Below, in pieces: positions 1 through 12,100 of a stretch of 38,122 bases of DNA (the stretch's first letter is position 1; each line of letters opens with the position of its first letter). The stretch is from Craspedostauros australis (lineage: Eukaryota): the NCBI GenBank assembly GCA_030167865.1, contig JALAGF010006548.1, positions 1 through 38,122 of the forward strand. Direction: 5' to 3'. The notes below the pieces were generated by a model. It was given only the letters and a program-made list of their open reading frames with translations, was not told the origin of the DNA and ran no database searches. A program made the position numbers and the translations under genes.

Positions 1-924
1 GTGATGAAAGGCTACCACACACACGATGTGTAGTTGAACTGCAATCCATGCGTTGCTCGCCCTCCAGCTCATGCACCCCTGCCATCTGTCCATCTCGTCA
101 TTCTGTTGAACATGCATCTATCTTGAAGCATATCCATGTGAATGGATCAGCTGCTGCTCTATGGGTGACGATACTGGAAGACTGTATGTGTGCAGGATCA
201 CCACGGCATGCTGCTGCGCAACAAAGAACGGCTACAGTACGACAGCACGAACCCCACCTTTTTACTCGATCGTCCTATCAATAGTAAGCTTAACACATAA
301 AACAAGCAATCAGAAACAATCTTACCAGCTTACTTCCAAGTCTACTACAGTTACATCATCGTCTGATACAGCTTTGTTCTCAACATCAAACGGCGTCAAA
401 ACCGGTTGAAGGACAAACCATCCTCCTGGCAACGTGCAAAAGACACGGAATACTAACTCCGTCCAGTCGTCCGGCCGTCGCCTCGTTTATCGTCACGAAC
501 AAAAACGAGAACCATTCATTGCAAACGAATGAGAACACGATCAGAACACAATCACCAAAGAACCCAAAACAAGATGGTTCTGCGGAGGTTGCTGTTCCCA
601 AAGCAAAGCATCACAACTCGCAAACAAGCAGTGGCACTGCCTCACGTCGCGTTCCCAAGCATTCTCAAAACACGATACCGCCAGGAGAGCACCAACAGCG
701 ACCATCATAGGCGCGGAACAGTCAAGCAATCAGACAATCAACAACAGCGAGCGAGTCCGAAGCAGCGAAGAGGCGACCAGGCACCAGCGAAGCAAATCGA
801 CACCAGAGAGTGCCATACTCCAAGAGCAATCCCATCAGCCGCATCGATACAACCGAAGCGGTCTTCGAAATACAACACAGGACGTGGCACGAGGAGCGCG
901 CCATCGATACGTGAAATCTCCATC

Positions 925-1527
925 ATGAACGATCATGCTCAGAACAACGAGATGGAGGGCTCCGCTGCTCCAATCGACCCGCTGTGGCTGCAGAACAATG
1001 TGAAACGCGTGGATATCGCGGCCGAAAAGGCCTACCAACTCATCCAAGACTTTGCACGCAGGTATGATGGCAGCAATGACATGGATGACGACACCAGCAC
1101 CAACGACAATCCGTGGAAGGACCCGGAAAACATGCACGTGCAGTTGCAGAGCGTCCGGGATGAGCTGAACAAAGCATGGGTGGAGCAAAGCGATAGAGTG
1201 GCAACTCCATCGAGCAAGGCTGGCAGTCGGCCGCCTTCTGGTGACGACTTTCGCGCATTCTACATTGATCTCATTACGGACGCATTCGCAGACAGCCTGC
1301 AGAGCATGCAGGAATCGGGAGAGGAGATCAATCTGGATGTGCTGGCAGACTGTCTGCAATCAGGCATCGATCTCTACGATGACAGAGATCGCGACTTGTT
1401 GCACAAGGAGTTCGGCGACTTTGACAACGATGCTGGGAGTATCGACGGTGGCGATGGCAACGATGATGACGAGACGGGTGCAATGACCCCTCACAGAAGA
1501 AATCAAATCGAGGCTGGTGTGCCGTAG
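925..1527 (+). CDS. ~200-aa acidic protein with a C-terminal Ribosome-assembly protein 3 (Rsa3)-like domain
   Basis: In-frame ATG at 925 inside ORF 529..1527; the upstream part is CA-rich and looks like 5'UTR. Segment FRAFYIDLITDAFADSLQSMQESGEEINLDVLADCLQSGIDLY (1249-1377) fits the Rsa3 C-terminal pattern F..YL..lT..F.DdL..l.......l..L...L..G...F as I recall it. Confidence 0.7.
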   Translation: MNDHAQNNEMEGSAAPIDPLWLQNNVKRVDIAAEKAYQLIQDFARRYDGSNDMDDDTSTNDNPWKDPENMHVQLQSVRDELNKAWVEQSDRVATPSSKAGSRPPSGDDFRAFYIDLITDAFADSLQSMQESGEEINLDVLADCLQSGIDLYDDRDRDLLHKEFGDFDNDAGSIDGGDGNDDDETGAMTPHRRNQIEAGVP

Positions 1528-1835
1528 GAGGAAGAGAAGGTCTGAAGGCCGCCAGTGTGGAACAAGCCTCCGCAACAGATCTCTCCAGGTCCAGCCCGGA
1601 GAGCAGAGAAGCCAAAAGCCAAAGCTCCCACCGTTGTGGAACCTCATCCAATCGCCATCTGCCAACAAAAAGAAAACTCAACCGCTTTTTCTGCAGTACT
1701 CGCGTAATAATGATGCACATGCATGTACAATATCACGAGCTCCGTATGCTTCAGTATTCCTGCACGACTATGTATAATATGTATGTTTTGGTGTTTGTAA
1801 CTTTCGTTTGTTGGATGCTGGATTTGGTTCATCGA

Positions 1836-1934
1836 TCGATTGCTCCTTCGTTGGTTGCTCCGTAGTTGGTTGCTCCGTAGTTGGTTGCTCCGTAGTTGAT
1901 TGCTCCGTAGTTGATTGCTCCGTAGTTGATTGAT
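1836..1934. repeat. 15-bp tandem minisatellite TTG(G/A)TTGCTCCGTAG, 5 full copies plus degenerate flanks
   Basis: Units start at 1851, 1866, 1881, 1896 and 1911, with partial or degenerate units at 1836 and 1926. It lies between two convergent 3' ends. Confidence 0.95.
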
Positions 1935-2041
1935 GGACGTTGGTACGCACAGCTCGGCCATAGATTTGTAGAGCCTGATGGAACGTCGTGGTTGGCAACA
2001 GGCTGTTGTGTTGTGTTGTGTTCTGATGTTCTGTTATGCTA

Positions 2042-5000
2042 CTACCAGTCATCTCCCCACCCGTCGTCCGCATTACCATCGTCGTCGGCCTTGGACACGA
2101 CCGGCACCACGGGGACTTCAGGCGCCTTCGGGGCTTTGACACCTGTATCATTGCTCGATCCTGTGGACGACGATTGGGTATGAAGGTCAGAAGAGGCAGC
2201 GAGCTGCGCTTCCAGTGTCGCCTTCTGCTGTTTGACTGCTTCGAGATTGCTTGCCAGGCCAGCGATCTCACGTTTCAGATTCGCAATTTCGGCCACGGAA
2301 ACTTGGGCCTCCTTTTCCAGCTCTGCCTGTCTGGCTGTGGACTTTGCCATCGTGGCTTGAGCGGTCCCCGCCGCGTTCTTTTCCGCCTTTTGAAGCTGCT
2401 CCACCTGCATCTTCAGGTCTTGGACAGCGCGGTTTGCGGCGGTCTTCTCCTCCTCTGCCTTTTGAAGGCTTGCCTTGCTGGCGGCCGCGTCGGACTTCCA
2501 TGCTTCCATCCGGTCGGCGGCGTCGGCGCGCACCTTCTGCATCTCCACCTGGAGTCGCGCATTCTCGCTTTGCAAGGCCGACTTTTCTTTGGCAGCGCGC
2601 GAGAGTTCCACGGCCAGATCCGAGGATTGGCCCAAGGACAGCTTGAGAGCCTTCATTTCGTTGGTCAGCGACCGCACCTGATCTTCGAGAGCCGCCTTTT
2701 CCTTGTGGGTGTTTTCCAGCGTCGACAATGACTGCTGGTTCTGGGATTCCAGCATTTGGATTTGCTGCTGGAGGTTCGAAACTTCGGTTGCCGCCGTCTC
2801 GGCTGCTGCTGCGGTCGTTGACTGAGCGTCTGCCTGCTTCGCCCGGAGTTCTCGTTCCAGGTCCTTGCACTGCTTTTGAAGTGCGACGATCTCGGATTTG
2901 GAGCTGTCCAGTTTGCGTTGCAGCTCCTTGAGCCCTTGCGAGTCGTGAGTCTTCGCATCAGCCATGGCGCTGTGCATCGCTTCATCATTGTCGTCAAACC
3001 TTGCCTTGAGGGCGGCAATCTCTGACTCCTTCTCGAAGACCTCCATTTTCAGCGAGGCCACTTCCGGATTCTCTCCCAAGCCAGACTTCAAGACACTCAG
3101 TTCCTTGGTTTGCATCTTGACAGTGGATTGGAGCTGCTCGCGTTCAGCCATGGCCTGTGCCAGTTCCTCTTGCAACTTCTCCTTCTCCACGTCTTTGAAT
3201 TCGATCTGGGATTCGTCCTGGCTGAGATCCGCCATGCCATCGCCGTTGCTTGTGTTGCCGTCGTTTTCGTTGTCATCGTCATCCAAGTCGAAATCATCGT
3301 CGTCATCGTCATCCCACCCCAGCTCTTCTTCATCGTCATCTTCAGCGGCATTGCTCGCGCCCAGACCATCATCATCGTCGTCGCTGTCCTCGCTCACGGC
3401 GGTGTTCATAACGAACGGCGGGCGTCCACCGGTTCCACCAAAGAAGCTGAGCGCCCCAGCGGCCGTTTGCTGCACGGTCGTGGCATCAGTTGCATACCGC
3501 GCTTCGTTGCCATCATCGGTGCCTTCGTCTCCGTCTTGCACCAAGGCCTTGACCGCTCCTCCCAGGAATGTCGTCACGGATGCCAGAGACGGGATGGGGG
3601 CCGACGCTTGTTCTGCGGCCAGCCTCTCCGCCTCGTCAGCTTCCGCCTGCAAGGCCAGCTGCTGGTCAACCCAGATGGGCTTGTAGACATCGTTGAAGTA
3701 CTTCGCACGCCTTTCATGATCGTGGCAGCGGTAAAAGTAGCGTTTCCAAAATTCGTCGTAGGCCACGTCCGACGCCAAGCGAGAGAAAGTTGCTTGGAGC
3801 GTGTCGGGGTGCTTCTCGAGTAGCTCAGAGATGACATCGGTCTTCTCGCCAATCACGAAAGCTGTCTCGAACGCCTTGATGTCGTCGTAGTTGTCGCCAG
3901 CATTGTCATCACCAAGGTCAACAGTAGTTTTGGCTGGAGCATCTGCATCTGCATCTGCATCAGTATCTGCATCGGCGTCTGCATCGGCGTCTGCATCGGC
4001 GTCTGTATGGCCGGTATCCGGAGCAGCGGAATCGGTGGGAACGTCAGGGGATGGCTCACCGTCGCCATCGTTCTCTTCCTCAGATGCGGTCGATTCCTTG
4101 GTGACGAGAAGCGGCTGCAGGAAGGGCTCATCCGCGACAATGAGCAGATCGTACATCTCCTCGGTCGTGAATTCTCTGTCGATATCGAGATCGGAGTTGC
4201 CGTCCCCAACACCGGCGATCGAAGCTGGTTGCTCGGAGTCTCCCTGATTCACGACGTTGTCGATGATGATTCCAGTATCTGGATCCACCATCCTGGCATC
4301 GTCAGATGCAGCGGCTGGGGACTGTTCATCTTGTTGGCCAGCTGCTTGGTGTGTACCGGCCAAAGCGGGACTCGCAGATGGCGGTTCAAGGCCTGCATCC
4401 AATGTCGACAGCACCTCCGATGTGTCTTGCTTCACAGTCTGTTCCCTCAAGTTGGCGCGAAGAATCGCGAAGTGGAGGATGGCGCAGAGTAGCAAAATGC
4501 ATCACCGCATCATGACGGAGGTTGCGGTATCATCGAGCGTTGCGAACCAGCATCAGATGCAGCAATACGAAAAGGAATCGAAGAAGGAAGCGAGCAGAAC
4601 AGGAACAGGACGGAATGAGAAATGATGAGGGGTGAGCGCGGCTGCGAATGTGGCACAGAGTAAAAGCAAATGATATGGTGTGATACGAAGCCGGAGAAGA
4701 TGTGGAGCAGAGTAGAGCAGAGGAGCGCGAAAGTCTGGACCCCAGGTGCTTCACCCTACTCTACTCTACTCTATTCTACGCTACGCCGCTGTGCGGTACT
4801 CTGCATGAAGACTGACCACCACGTGATCGACGAGCACACAGCATTGTACCAGGACGCATGGGCCTGGCGGGAGTGCGGAAAAGAGAACGCAGCAGCCGCC
4901 CCTGCGCTCAACTCGATGACCGCAATGGCAATCATAATCAACAGCGCATCCACAGCACAGCTATCATACTGTCATATCATATGATATCATATAATAGTAG

Positions 5001-5071
5001 TATGCACAATACACCAATAGGCGACTCACCGACACGAATTCCGAGAAGTCTGCCCTCAATGAATTCCACAT
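2042..5071 (-). CDS. BSD-domain protein (BSDC1/Dos2-like) with acidic linkers and a long C-terminal coiled coil; exons 5071-5030 and 4438-2042, ~812 aa
   Basis: Exon 1 MWNSLRADFSEFVS is followed by a GTGAGT donor (5029). Acceptor gaacag|ACT (4438) gives RADFSEFVSTVKQDT, similar to the BSDC1-type N-terminal motif. The BSD core is ISELLEKHPDTLQATFSRLASDVAYDEFWKRYFYR (~3725-3880). A heptad-rich E/K/Q/A region spans ~2200-3200. TAG at 2042-2044. Confidence 0.88.
3941..4004 (-). repeat. Coding hexamer repeat encoding (DA)n in the BSD protein
   Basis: GCATCT/GCATCG/GCGTCT units; translation TDADADADADADADTDADADADA. Confidence 0.9.
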
Positions 5072-5954
5072 CGTCGATGACTGATTGTTCTGTGTGTCTC
5101 TGTCTCCGTTTCTGGCTGACTCTCTGTCTCTCTCACTCTCGACTGCTTGAGTTGTTGTGGACCTGCGGGATCTTCGAGTACCAGCTACAGCTCGAGATGG
5201 ATACAAGATGGATGCAAGATGGAGGCTGCAATGTGCTGTGATCGTCGACGAAGTCCCCACAACGCACCCGGGCACGACGTCTCTCTATTTCTATCTCTCT
5301 ACGTATGGCGGGAAGGAAGAGGGTTGCGGGTATGCTGGTAAACAGGGGATCAATCCTGTGTCCACTCTTCTCTTCTCGCACAACGATGACAGTAACAACA
5401 GCGACGGAGGCAACTGCAACACAAAAGAACCCGTCTCGTGTCATCGTTTGTCGTTGCGAATTTCGACATCTAGCTTCTCAGGCAATTGGTAGGATTCGAA
5501 TAACGGCTCAAAACTGCGCTTCAGTTCAGTACGAATCCTACAATGGATGACCCCGTATAATTTATGGACAGAACTACTGCCGAATGGTCTACTGTTAATT
5601 TCGCGACCGAGCTATGTACAACTCGCATCGCGCTATCTCTCTCCCACAGAGAGGGAGTGAGAGTAGTTGTAGCCTTCAGCTCAGCGTGCAAACATAGTAT
5701 TATAATAGAATACGAGCCAGTAGATGCATGTGGCAACCACACACGCCCGAGACCAACCGCATCCAACCATTTATCCATCCTCATCTGTCTGCTCTCTGAT
5801 CGCCCGTTCGCCTTTATGATCAGGTGGTTTGCGATCTATTGTGGTGTTATATCACTCAGCACTGGTGCTGTGCACGGATAGAGTAATACAATCGAGGATT
5901 CTCTCTCTCTCTCTCCCTGGAGAGAGAGGCCATTGGCCGGAAAGCGCGCACCAT

Positions 5955-7682
5955 TTAATGATTCATCAGTGCTTCCAGCTCCTCCATGTCCTTGGAGACC
6001 TTCATCAAACTAGTTGCAAGCTCTTCCTGCTGTTTGGTGATCGAGCTGTGCTTTCTCTTGAGCTGCGACAGGCGAAGGTCTCGCCCAGCATCCCAAGCAT
6101 GTTTGAAACACACGCAGTGCTTTGACAATGCGTAAAAGAGAATGTCGCAGTTGTTGTATGCGCGGAATTCGTGTTCCACCCACAGCCCGAGAAGATCGTG
6201 ACGATCCATCTGCACGATTCTGTCAACAACTTGGCGGCGGGCATTGCCCTTCAAAGCCAGCCATTGATTTAGGTGATGTCGGGGATGCATGATGTACTGC
6301 GCGCATCTCATATACGACAGCTGCCCATGTTGAATGCTTTCGGCGATCAATGCTAATTGTTCGGCGGACAGCGCCATGTACTCTCCGACCGGTTGGTCAT
6401 CGAGATAGTATGCGAGGCGCCTCAAGCTCGTCGCAGCCAGTAGCACCAGCACCTTGTGGAACCAGTACTTGCGGGGGTAGCTGCCGGAAAGGGAGACGGA
6501 CCGGACGTGCGACGAAGAAGATATGGCCCAGATCAGGTCATTCCACAGCGCTGGCTGATGCCGAATACGTGTGCTTATGGAAATCTCTTCCAGTTCCTCC
6601 GTCCATTGGATAATGCTCATGGCAGCTAGGAAATTGGCCACGCCCGTTTCAAACTTGATGTGGTCAAATTGCACGCACGTTGCGTGTGAAACCGACGCCT
6701 CTTGCTGGCCCGTTTGACTTGGATCCTCGCCACGGGCGCAACCACGGTGCGAGGAGCATGATATAGTCAGCTTCTCGGTGCAGGCGTTTTTGGAAGTGCT
6801 CTGCGCGGCTTCAGTTGCGGCGTCTGTTGCGATTTCCGCTTCGTTTACAATGTACGAAAGCTTGACACTTTTCTCTCGGATGACCTTGGAGAACCACATG
6901 AAGGTATGCAAGGAGGCGATGCTCTTGCTGAGGTGGAAAGTGCGGGTCGTCCCGAATGATGCCAACTTGAGCAACCACTCGAGGGTGGCGAAATCATCAT
7001 CCGAGAGACTGCTGAAGGGCACCTTGGTGAATGCTTCAAACGAGCCGCTGTTCATGATGAAGTTCAGTCTCGTGTCGGAGAGGTATTCGATCGATCCCCT
7101 GAGAACCACGACGATGGATCCCATCTGCACGCATCTTCGATTGCGGAGCATTTGCATGAAATCGGACCAGGTATAATTCTCCTCGATCAACTGTTCCCAA
7201 TGTCGAGAAGTCATGGCGTGCGGATGTCGAAGCGAAGCATTGAAGTCCTTGGTGTTAGAAGGCAGCATGGACGTGCGTCGGAACGTCTCCAAGACACTGG
7301 CAAATGATTCCGCGGCCCGTGTGCCCACCGTATTGCGTGGGGTTTGATCTGTGCTGCCGGATTGGATGTGTTTGTCACCAGCATGTTCACTTGGCGTGCC
7401 CGATGATCCGTCTCCCTCTCCTTCGTCTTCGTTGCCGTCGCTAGTGCCATCGCCATCGTCGCTGTTGAATGCAGCAACCGCGGGCATTGCACATGCGACA
7501 TTCTTGAAACTGTCTTGCTCATTTAGCTTCCCATCACCGTTACCGTTACCATTACCATTACCATTGCCTCCCCCCACGGTGAATGCAGCCACGCTGGATG
7601 AAGCCACCGTGTGCGACGCATACTGGCTTGTTGGAGGCGAGGATGCGGCGAGCCCGCGCAGTTTGTTTTGAATGCGTTCCAT
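5955..7682 (-). CDS. Hypothetical ~575-aa protein: low-complexity N-terminus, possible degenerate RNI-like/LRR C-terminal half; probably has an extra upstream exon
   Basis: Long stop-free ORF with ATG at 7682. Includes a GN repeat (7534-7567) and LRR-like spacing (LEEISIS, VRSVSLSG, LRRLAYY). A phase-compatible intron 7832-7690 (GTGAGT...ATCAG) links an upstream segment EFGLKRPNDESAKIQRAA...DPQ. Confidence 0.65.
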   Translation of the reverse strand: MERIQNKLRGLAASSPPTSQYASHTVASSSVAAFTVGGGNGNGNGNGNGDGKLNEQDSFKNVACAMPAVAAFNSDDGDGTSDGNEDEGEGDGSSGTPSEHAGDKHIQSGSTDQTPRNTVGTRAAESFASVLETFRRTSMLPSNTKDFNASLRHPHAMTSRHWEQLIEENYTWSDFMQMLRNRRCVQMGSIVVVLRGSIEYLSDTRLNFIMNSGSFEAFTKVPFSSLSDDDFATLEWLLKLASFGTTRTFHLSKSIASLHTFMWFSKVIREKSVKLSYIVNEAEIATDAATEAAQSTSKNACTEKLTISCSSHRGCARGEDPSQTGQQEASVSHATCVQFDHIKFETGVANFLAAMSIIQWTEELEEISISTRIRHQPALWNDLIWAISSSSHVRSVSLSGSYPRKYWFHKVLVLLAATSLRRLAYYLDDQPVGEYMALSAEQLALIAESIQHGQLSYMRCAQYIMHPRHHLNQWLALKGNARRQVVDRIVQMDRHDLLGLWVEHEFRAYNNCDILFYALSKHCVCFKHAWDAGRDLRLSQLKRKHSSITKQQEELATSLMKVSKDMEELEALMNH

Positions 7683-10600
7683 GCTGCCTCTGATCCCAAG
7701 CAAAGCCGTTGATTTTTATGTCGAGTAACTTTGATGTTGGAGGAGATGAAGAGACAGCGAGAGGGATACTCGCAGTCCTACTCGCAGCATAAGAACAACA
7801 TGTTCCCAAAACATGTCTCATGCCGCACTCACTGTGGGTCAGTCGCAGACACGCTGTCACCGTGAGCGTTGCAAGTGGAGTTGTCCCCAACCACGGCCGA
7901 TGCGGCCCTTTGGATCTTGGCAGACTCGTCGTTGGGTCTCTTCAAGCCAAATTCACTGGGCGGTCTCGCGGGAGTTCATAAGCCGATGCTCAAGTCTTGT
8001 ATGAAAAGATGCACGAGTGTGAGTCTCGTGAAGTTTGGTGGGATCGAATGGTACTCTGGCGAACATTATATCATATGCGCGATCCCAGGAACGAGCCCAG
8101 GAACGAGCACCAGCACCAGCATCAGCAGGAGTATCCGCGAAATTGAGCGTGTTGAGCTTGTTGAGCACACTAATCGTGTTCATGGAGTGTCTGCCAATGG
8201 TTGGGTCGTGCTGTGCGACGGGTGTGGCCACGTTATGTTTCTCTATGCCCATCGTCGCCTCCGTTGACGTCTCCGTCTTAACTGCAGAATCGAGATCTCA
8301 GCAATCGTCGACGATTCATGCGTTGGCGCCATCGAATCCGTTGCCCTTCTTTCTGATGTTGATCGTGCTTGTCATCATTGCTGTGATATCGCCAATCCCA
8401 CGCTCGTCGTGGACTCGCACGTGTATGCGTATGGCATGCCAATCATGACGCTGATGACGATGACGATGACGATGCCAACCAGCCTCAGCAACGACCTCGA
8501 CAGCAACACCCAATTTGATGGACCACAAGATCCTGTCTCTCTATCTCTCTTCATTCTTTGTGTTGGTTCACCAACATGGCTGCAGGAACGCGGAAACGAA
8601 CAGGGGAAGTCTCGAGCGTGTTTGGAATCTAAGTATGAGTCGCACTAGTCATAGTGCTCCACACGATCCCAATTCTGACTTTGGGCCTTTTTCGTTGCGG
8701 TACCGACCAAGGTTACCACCCACATTCTCCGCTTTTGGTCGTGTCCTTCGCTGTGAGAAGCTGTGAGATGACAATTCACTGTGCGAACCCTTCGTCCACG
8801 ACAGCGGCGAACGTGACCATCACACACACCATCAGCTCCCACTGCCAAAAAGAGGACCAGAATACGAACACAAGTACGACTAGTTGGACGAGTACGAGCG
8901 CGACAGAGGTCGCCGCACAGAGGTGGACGACGAGAAATGGCAACCGCGAGAACAACCTGCTCAGACAGAGATCCGAGAAAGCGAGGCTGGGCATTCCCCA
9001 AACTGGAGAAGAGGAGCACAACTGCGGCTGTGTCTGAACTTCGTCCAATGTTCCTATGGAGGTTGGACCTATGTTGACGCTGAAAGATCAAGGACAATGA
9101 CATGATGACATCTCTCTTCACGCGAGCACCCGTTGCCCGCAGCTCTCTGCAGCGAAGGCGCTGCTCCCATCCCACAGACCATCCCCGCTAGCCATGTGTA
9201 AGTCGACGATGCACCGTACCATACGAGTACGCCGTGCAGCACAATCATGGGCAGAAGCTCGTCACTCTGTGAGATCCACGCCAAGCGCCCCAGAATGATG
9301 GTCCCTCGATACTCGTGCCGAACGCGTGATTGGAGACCATCGAAAACTGAGGCGTCTCATCCATTTTGGATTGCTCGTTAACAGATGCGACCGACGACTG
9401 CCGACTCTCGAAGCCATCAGCCCACGGAGAAAAGAACATGATGGACGGCTCCTCCATCTCCAGAGGTACAAGTACTCGTTGGGGGGCTGACCTCTGATGA
9501 GTTGCGTAAGTATGATGCTCTCGGCCCGTGCTCGCATGAGCTGGAGAGCAAATATCCTCCCGCAGGTATGCACCATTGAGACCGTCATGTCTTCGCACTG
9601 GCATGGAGGTGTTATGGACCAAGAAAGCAGAGCCCTCAATCAACGAGCAACTCGCATCCACGGACGACATTTTGACAACAGGAGACGAAGGGTCGCGATT
9701 GAAGAAACCTCCTGCCTTTCTTGCTTCCAAAGTGCAAACCTCACTGTGGTAGTTGGCGACACGAGATCAAGATTGAAACGAATGGATTACGACAATGTTA
9801 ATCTGCCATACCACGAGTAGATCGTACTTTATGCTTTGAAATCGATCGAGCATTTCAAGATCAGCTCATTAGTCATGACGCAAGCTGCCACTACGGTGCC
9901 CAAACAAGTCTGCGATGAAATGGGCATCCGCTGTCATGACCCATTCTATGACCTGCTGTGCTCTTGTGTAGAGTACTACTATGAGTATTACCGGTCGCAG
10001 CTCTGCGTGACAGAGCCATTTCCTCGATGATCGTCGTTCCAATGGAGCAGAACAATGGCAACCTCGAGTAGAGTACGAGCTGCTCTCTTCCGCTTGATAC
10101 AGCGCCTCATTGCACTTGAACAATACGAGTACGCTTGGCATGCAGCCACAGTCGTTGCCATGCCCATCCAGACCGTTCCCTGTTCCCGTTCATCGGAGTC
10201 GATCTCAGTTGACCTCTTTCCTTGGTTCGCCTCCATCATGTGGATTCTGCTTTCGGGTACAGGAAGCGCCCTTGAACTGTTCGGAGAGTACTCGGATTTC
10301 GTTTGTCATTGCTTTTCGGGAAGGACGACTTTTGTGGTGGACACGGCGCGAGGTGGTCGACTACTGGGTCGGATCACGCTGCTGTGAGGTTTGAGCTACA
10401 AGTACGACAACTCCAGAGCGCATAATTCAGGGCATGAACAGCTCTTTTTTTGCAGTGGATGGTGCACTTTCACGTAGAAGGACATTGCATGCATGTTCCT
10501 CAGTGAGGTTTGACCATGACCGGTATAAGTGTGTTAGACTGTTGTATCCCACAAACCACACCAACCAAGACCAACACGGACATGAGAAGAAGAATGGAAC

Positions 10601-12100
10601 ACGGGGGATGAATACAGCGCTCAATTCTACGAGTACTGGGCTTCACAAATTCGCGTACCACACCACACACTCTCCAAGTTGATACGAAAATTGCGCGAAG
10701 TTGAACATGACCATTGTCATGGAATGAAGGCTCGAATCGCACACACAAGAAGGTGTTTCTGGCAAAGAACGTCAAGGGGACGCAAGAGAGATCTTGGTTT
10801 CCAGAGTCAGGATGAAGGAAAAGTGTCATGCATTAGTATGGCACAAACGAACTGCTCTGTGGAATATAATAAGATCTGCGAGCTGGAGTCGAGCAGTCGG
10901 TGGTCTGGATTCAAAATACACTGAGAGAGCCAAGGGCACCTCCAGCACAATTGCGCCATCGAATCCGACATGCGCACTCCGCCTGGACGGCACCACAATC
11001 ACCAATACCTGTGGTTCAATGAACGTGATCCAATGCGCATCATACCTCCGTAGGGACGTTTGTTCGTGACACTTCTCGGTGAGGATCTGAGGTCGTGTGC
11101 GAGTAGTACACCACGCAATAGCTCGCACAATACCTGCAACTATGTCCGGTGCTGTATTGCGTCAATGTCATTTCGAAGAGAGTACCAACGCAGCGAAAGA
11201 TGGACGGAAGGCGGGTTGGGCTCAATGCAGATTTGGGGACGAATGTGCGTGTGAATGTGAAGGTCAATGTGAGATGGCGCGCATCATCATCTGTTCACCC
11301 AGAACTATTGCTTCGAGGCACGTCTCGTACCACATAGGCCAGTACTCCCTCTCTCTCTCTCTCTGCGAGTGCTGTACGCATACTCGTACCCTACAAACCA
11401 CAATTATGATCCTTCCCACACCGGTAGCTCGTCTGTGTGCAATTTCGTGAGGTTTGTTCACACGGAATACGAACGCAACGAAGGTTTGGTCACAACTGTT
11501 GTGCGGGTCGTGATCTTCAACACACAATTAACCAACTTCCGCAACGAGCGACATGGTGAGCGCCACAGCATCGTAGCTGTTTCATTGCCCTCACATAAGT
11601 GTAACACAAATGTTTGGGGAATATCAATGGGGATGACCGAACACTCCTGACAAGAATTAGTAGTCGTGAGTCGCCTTGTTGTGATATGCCCATCGGACTT
11701 TTATACGGAAAGCGTCCAATTATGCGTTGGAGTGAGAAGCCGAATTGAATACCGGCACAATTGGCACCACATTCCAACACAGGAGCGAGGTGCTGGCGGC
11801 CAGCGGAACAACAAGGATGCTCGATGACAACCTCTTGTGTTGCGGCGGTTTGGCTACTTGTCCGGGGGTTCACACGTGTTCTTGTTCGTCGCAGTGTCAG
11901 GACATCGCAATGACATTCCTTGTTCAATGGGCAGCGACTCCGCACCTCAAATCAAGAGTACGGGAGCACTGAAGTCCTTTGCGTGGAGACGAGACCCGCC
12001 GAGCCAGGGTGTGGGTGGCCTCTGTGCTGTTGCGCACATGATACGACGACGGCAAAAGAGAAACGCTGACCTCGGAGAAGAGAGAGATAACCGAGCACAC

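Noticed and set aside
1..520. Short ORFs at the window start
   Set aside because: No recognisable motifs or splice-supported model; cannot be assigned without upstream sequence.
529..924. N-terminal 132 codons of ORF 529..1527
   Set aside because: CA-rich, low-complexity, leader-like sequence that is stop-poor by composition; ATG 925 starts the protein-like part.
1768..2271. ORF with (STTEQ/PTTEQ)n repeats, and the overlapping (NQLRS)n ORF
   Set aside because: These are translations of the 15-bp minisatellite, and the first overlaps the BSD gene end in another frame. The repeat has no spacers, so it is not a CRISPR array.
2036..4492. Long + strand ORFs (231, 240, 237 aa and others) opposite the BSD gene
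   Set aside because: Antisense shadows of a codon-biased CDS. The same applies to 29082..29894, 19888..20601 (alternate frame) and 14912..15478.
7953..8528. Same-frame ORFs separated by TGA codons (GANA*IVDDC*DLD), considered as a selenoprotein or readthrough gene
   Set aside because: No recognisable selenoprotein fold and no identifiable SECIS; TGA is simply the commonest stop in this TA-poor DNA.
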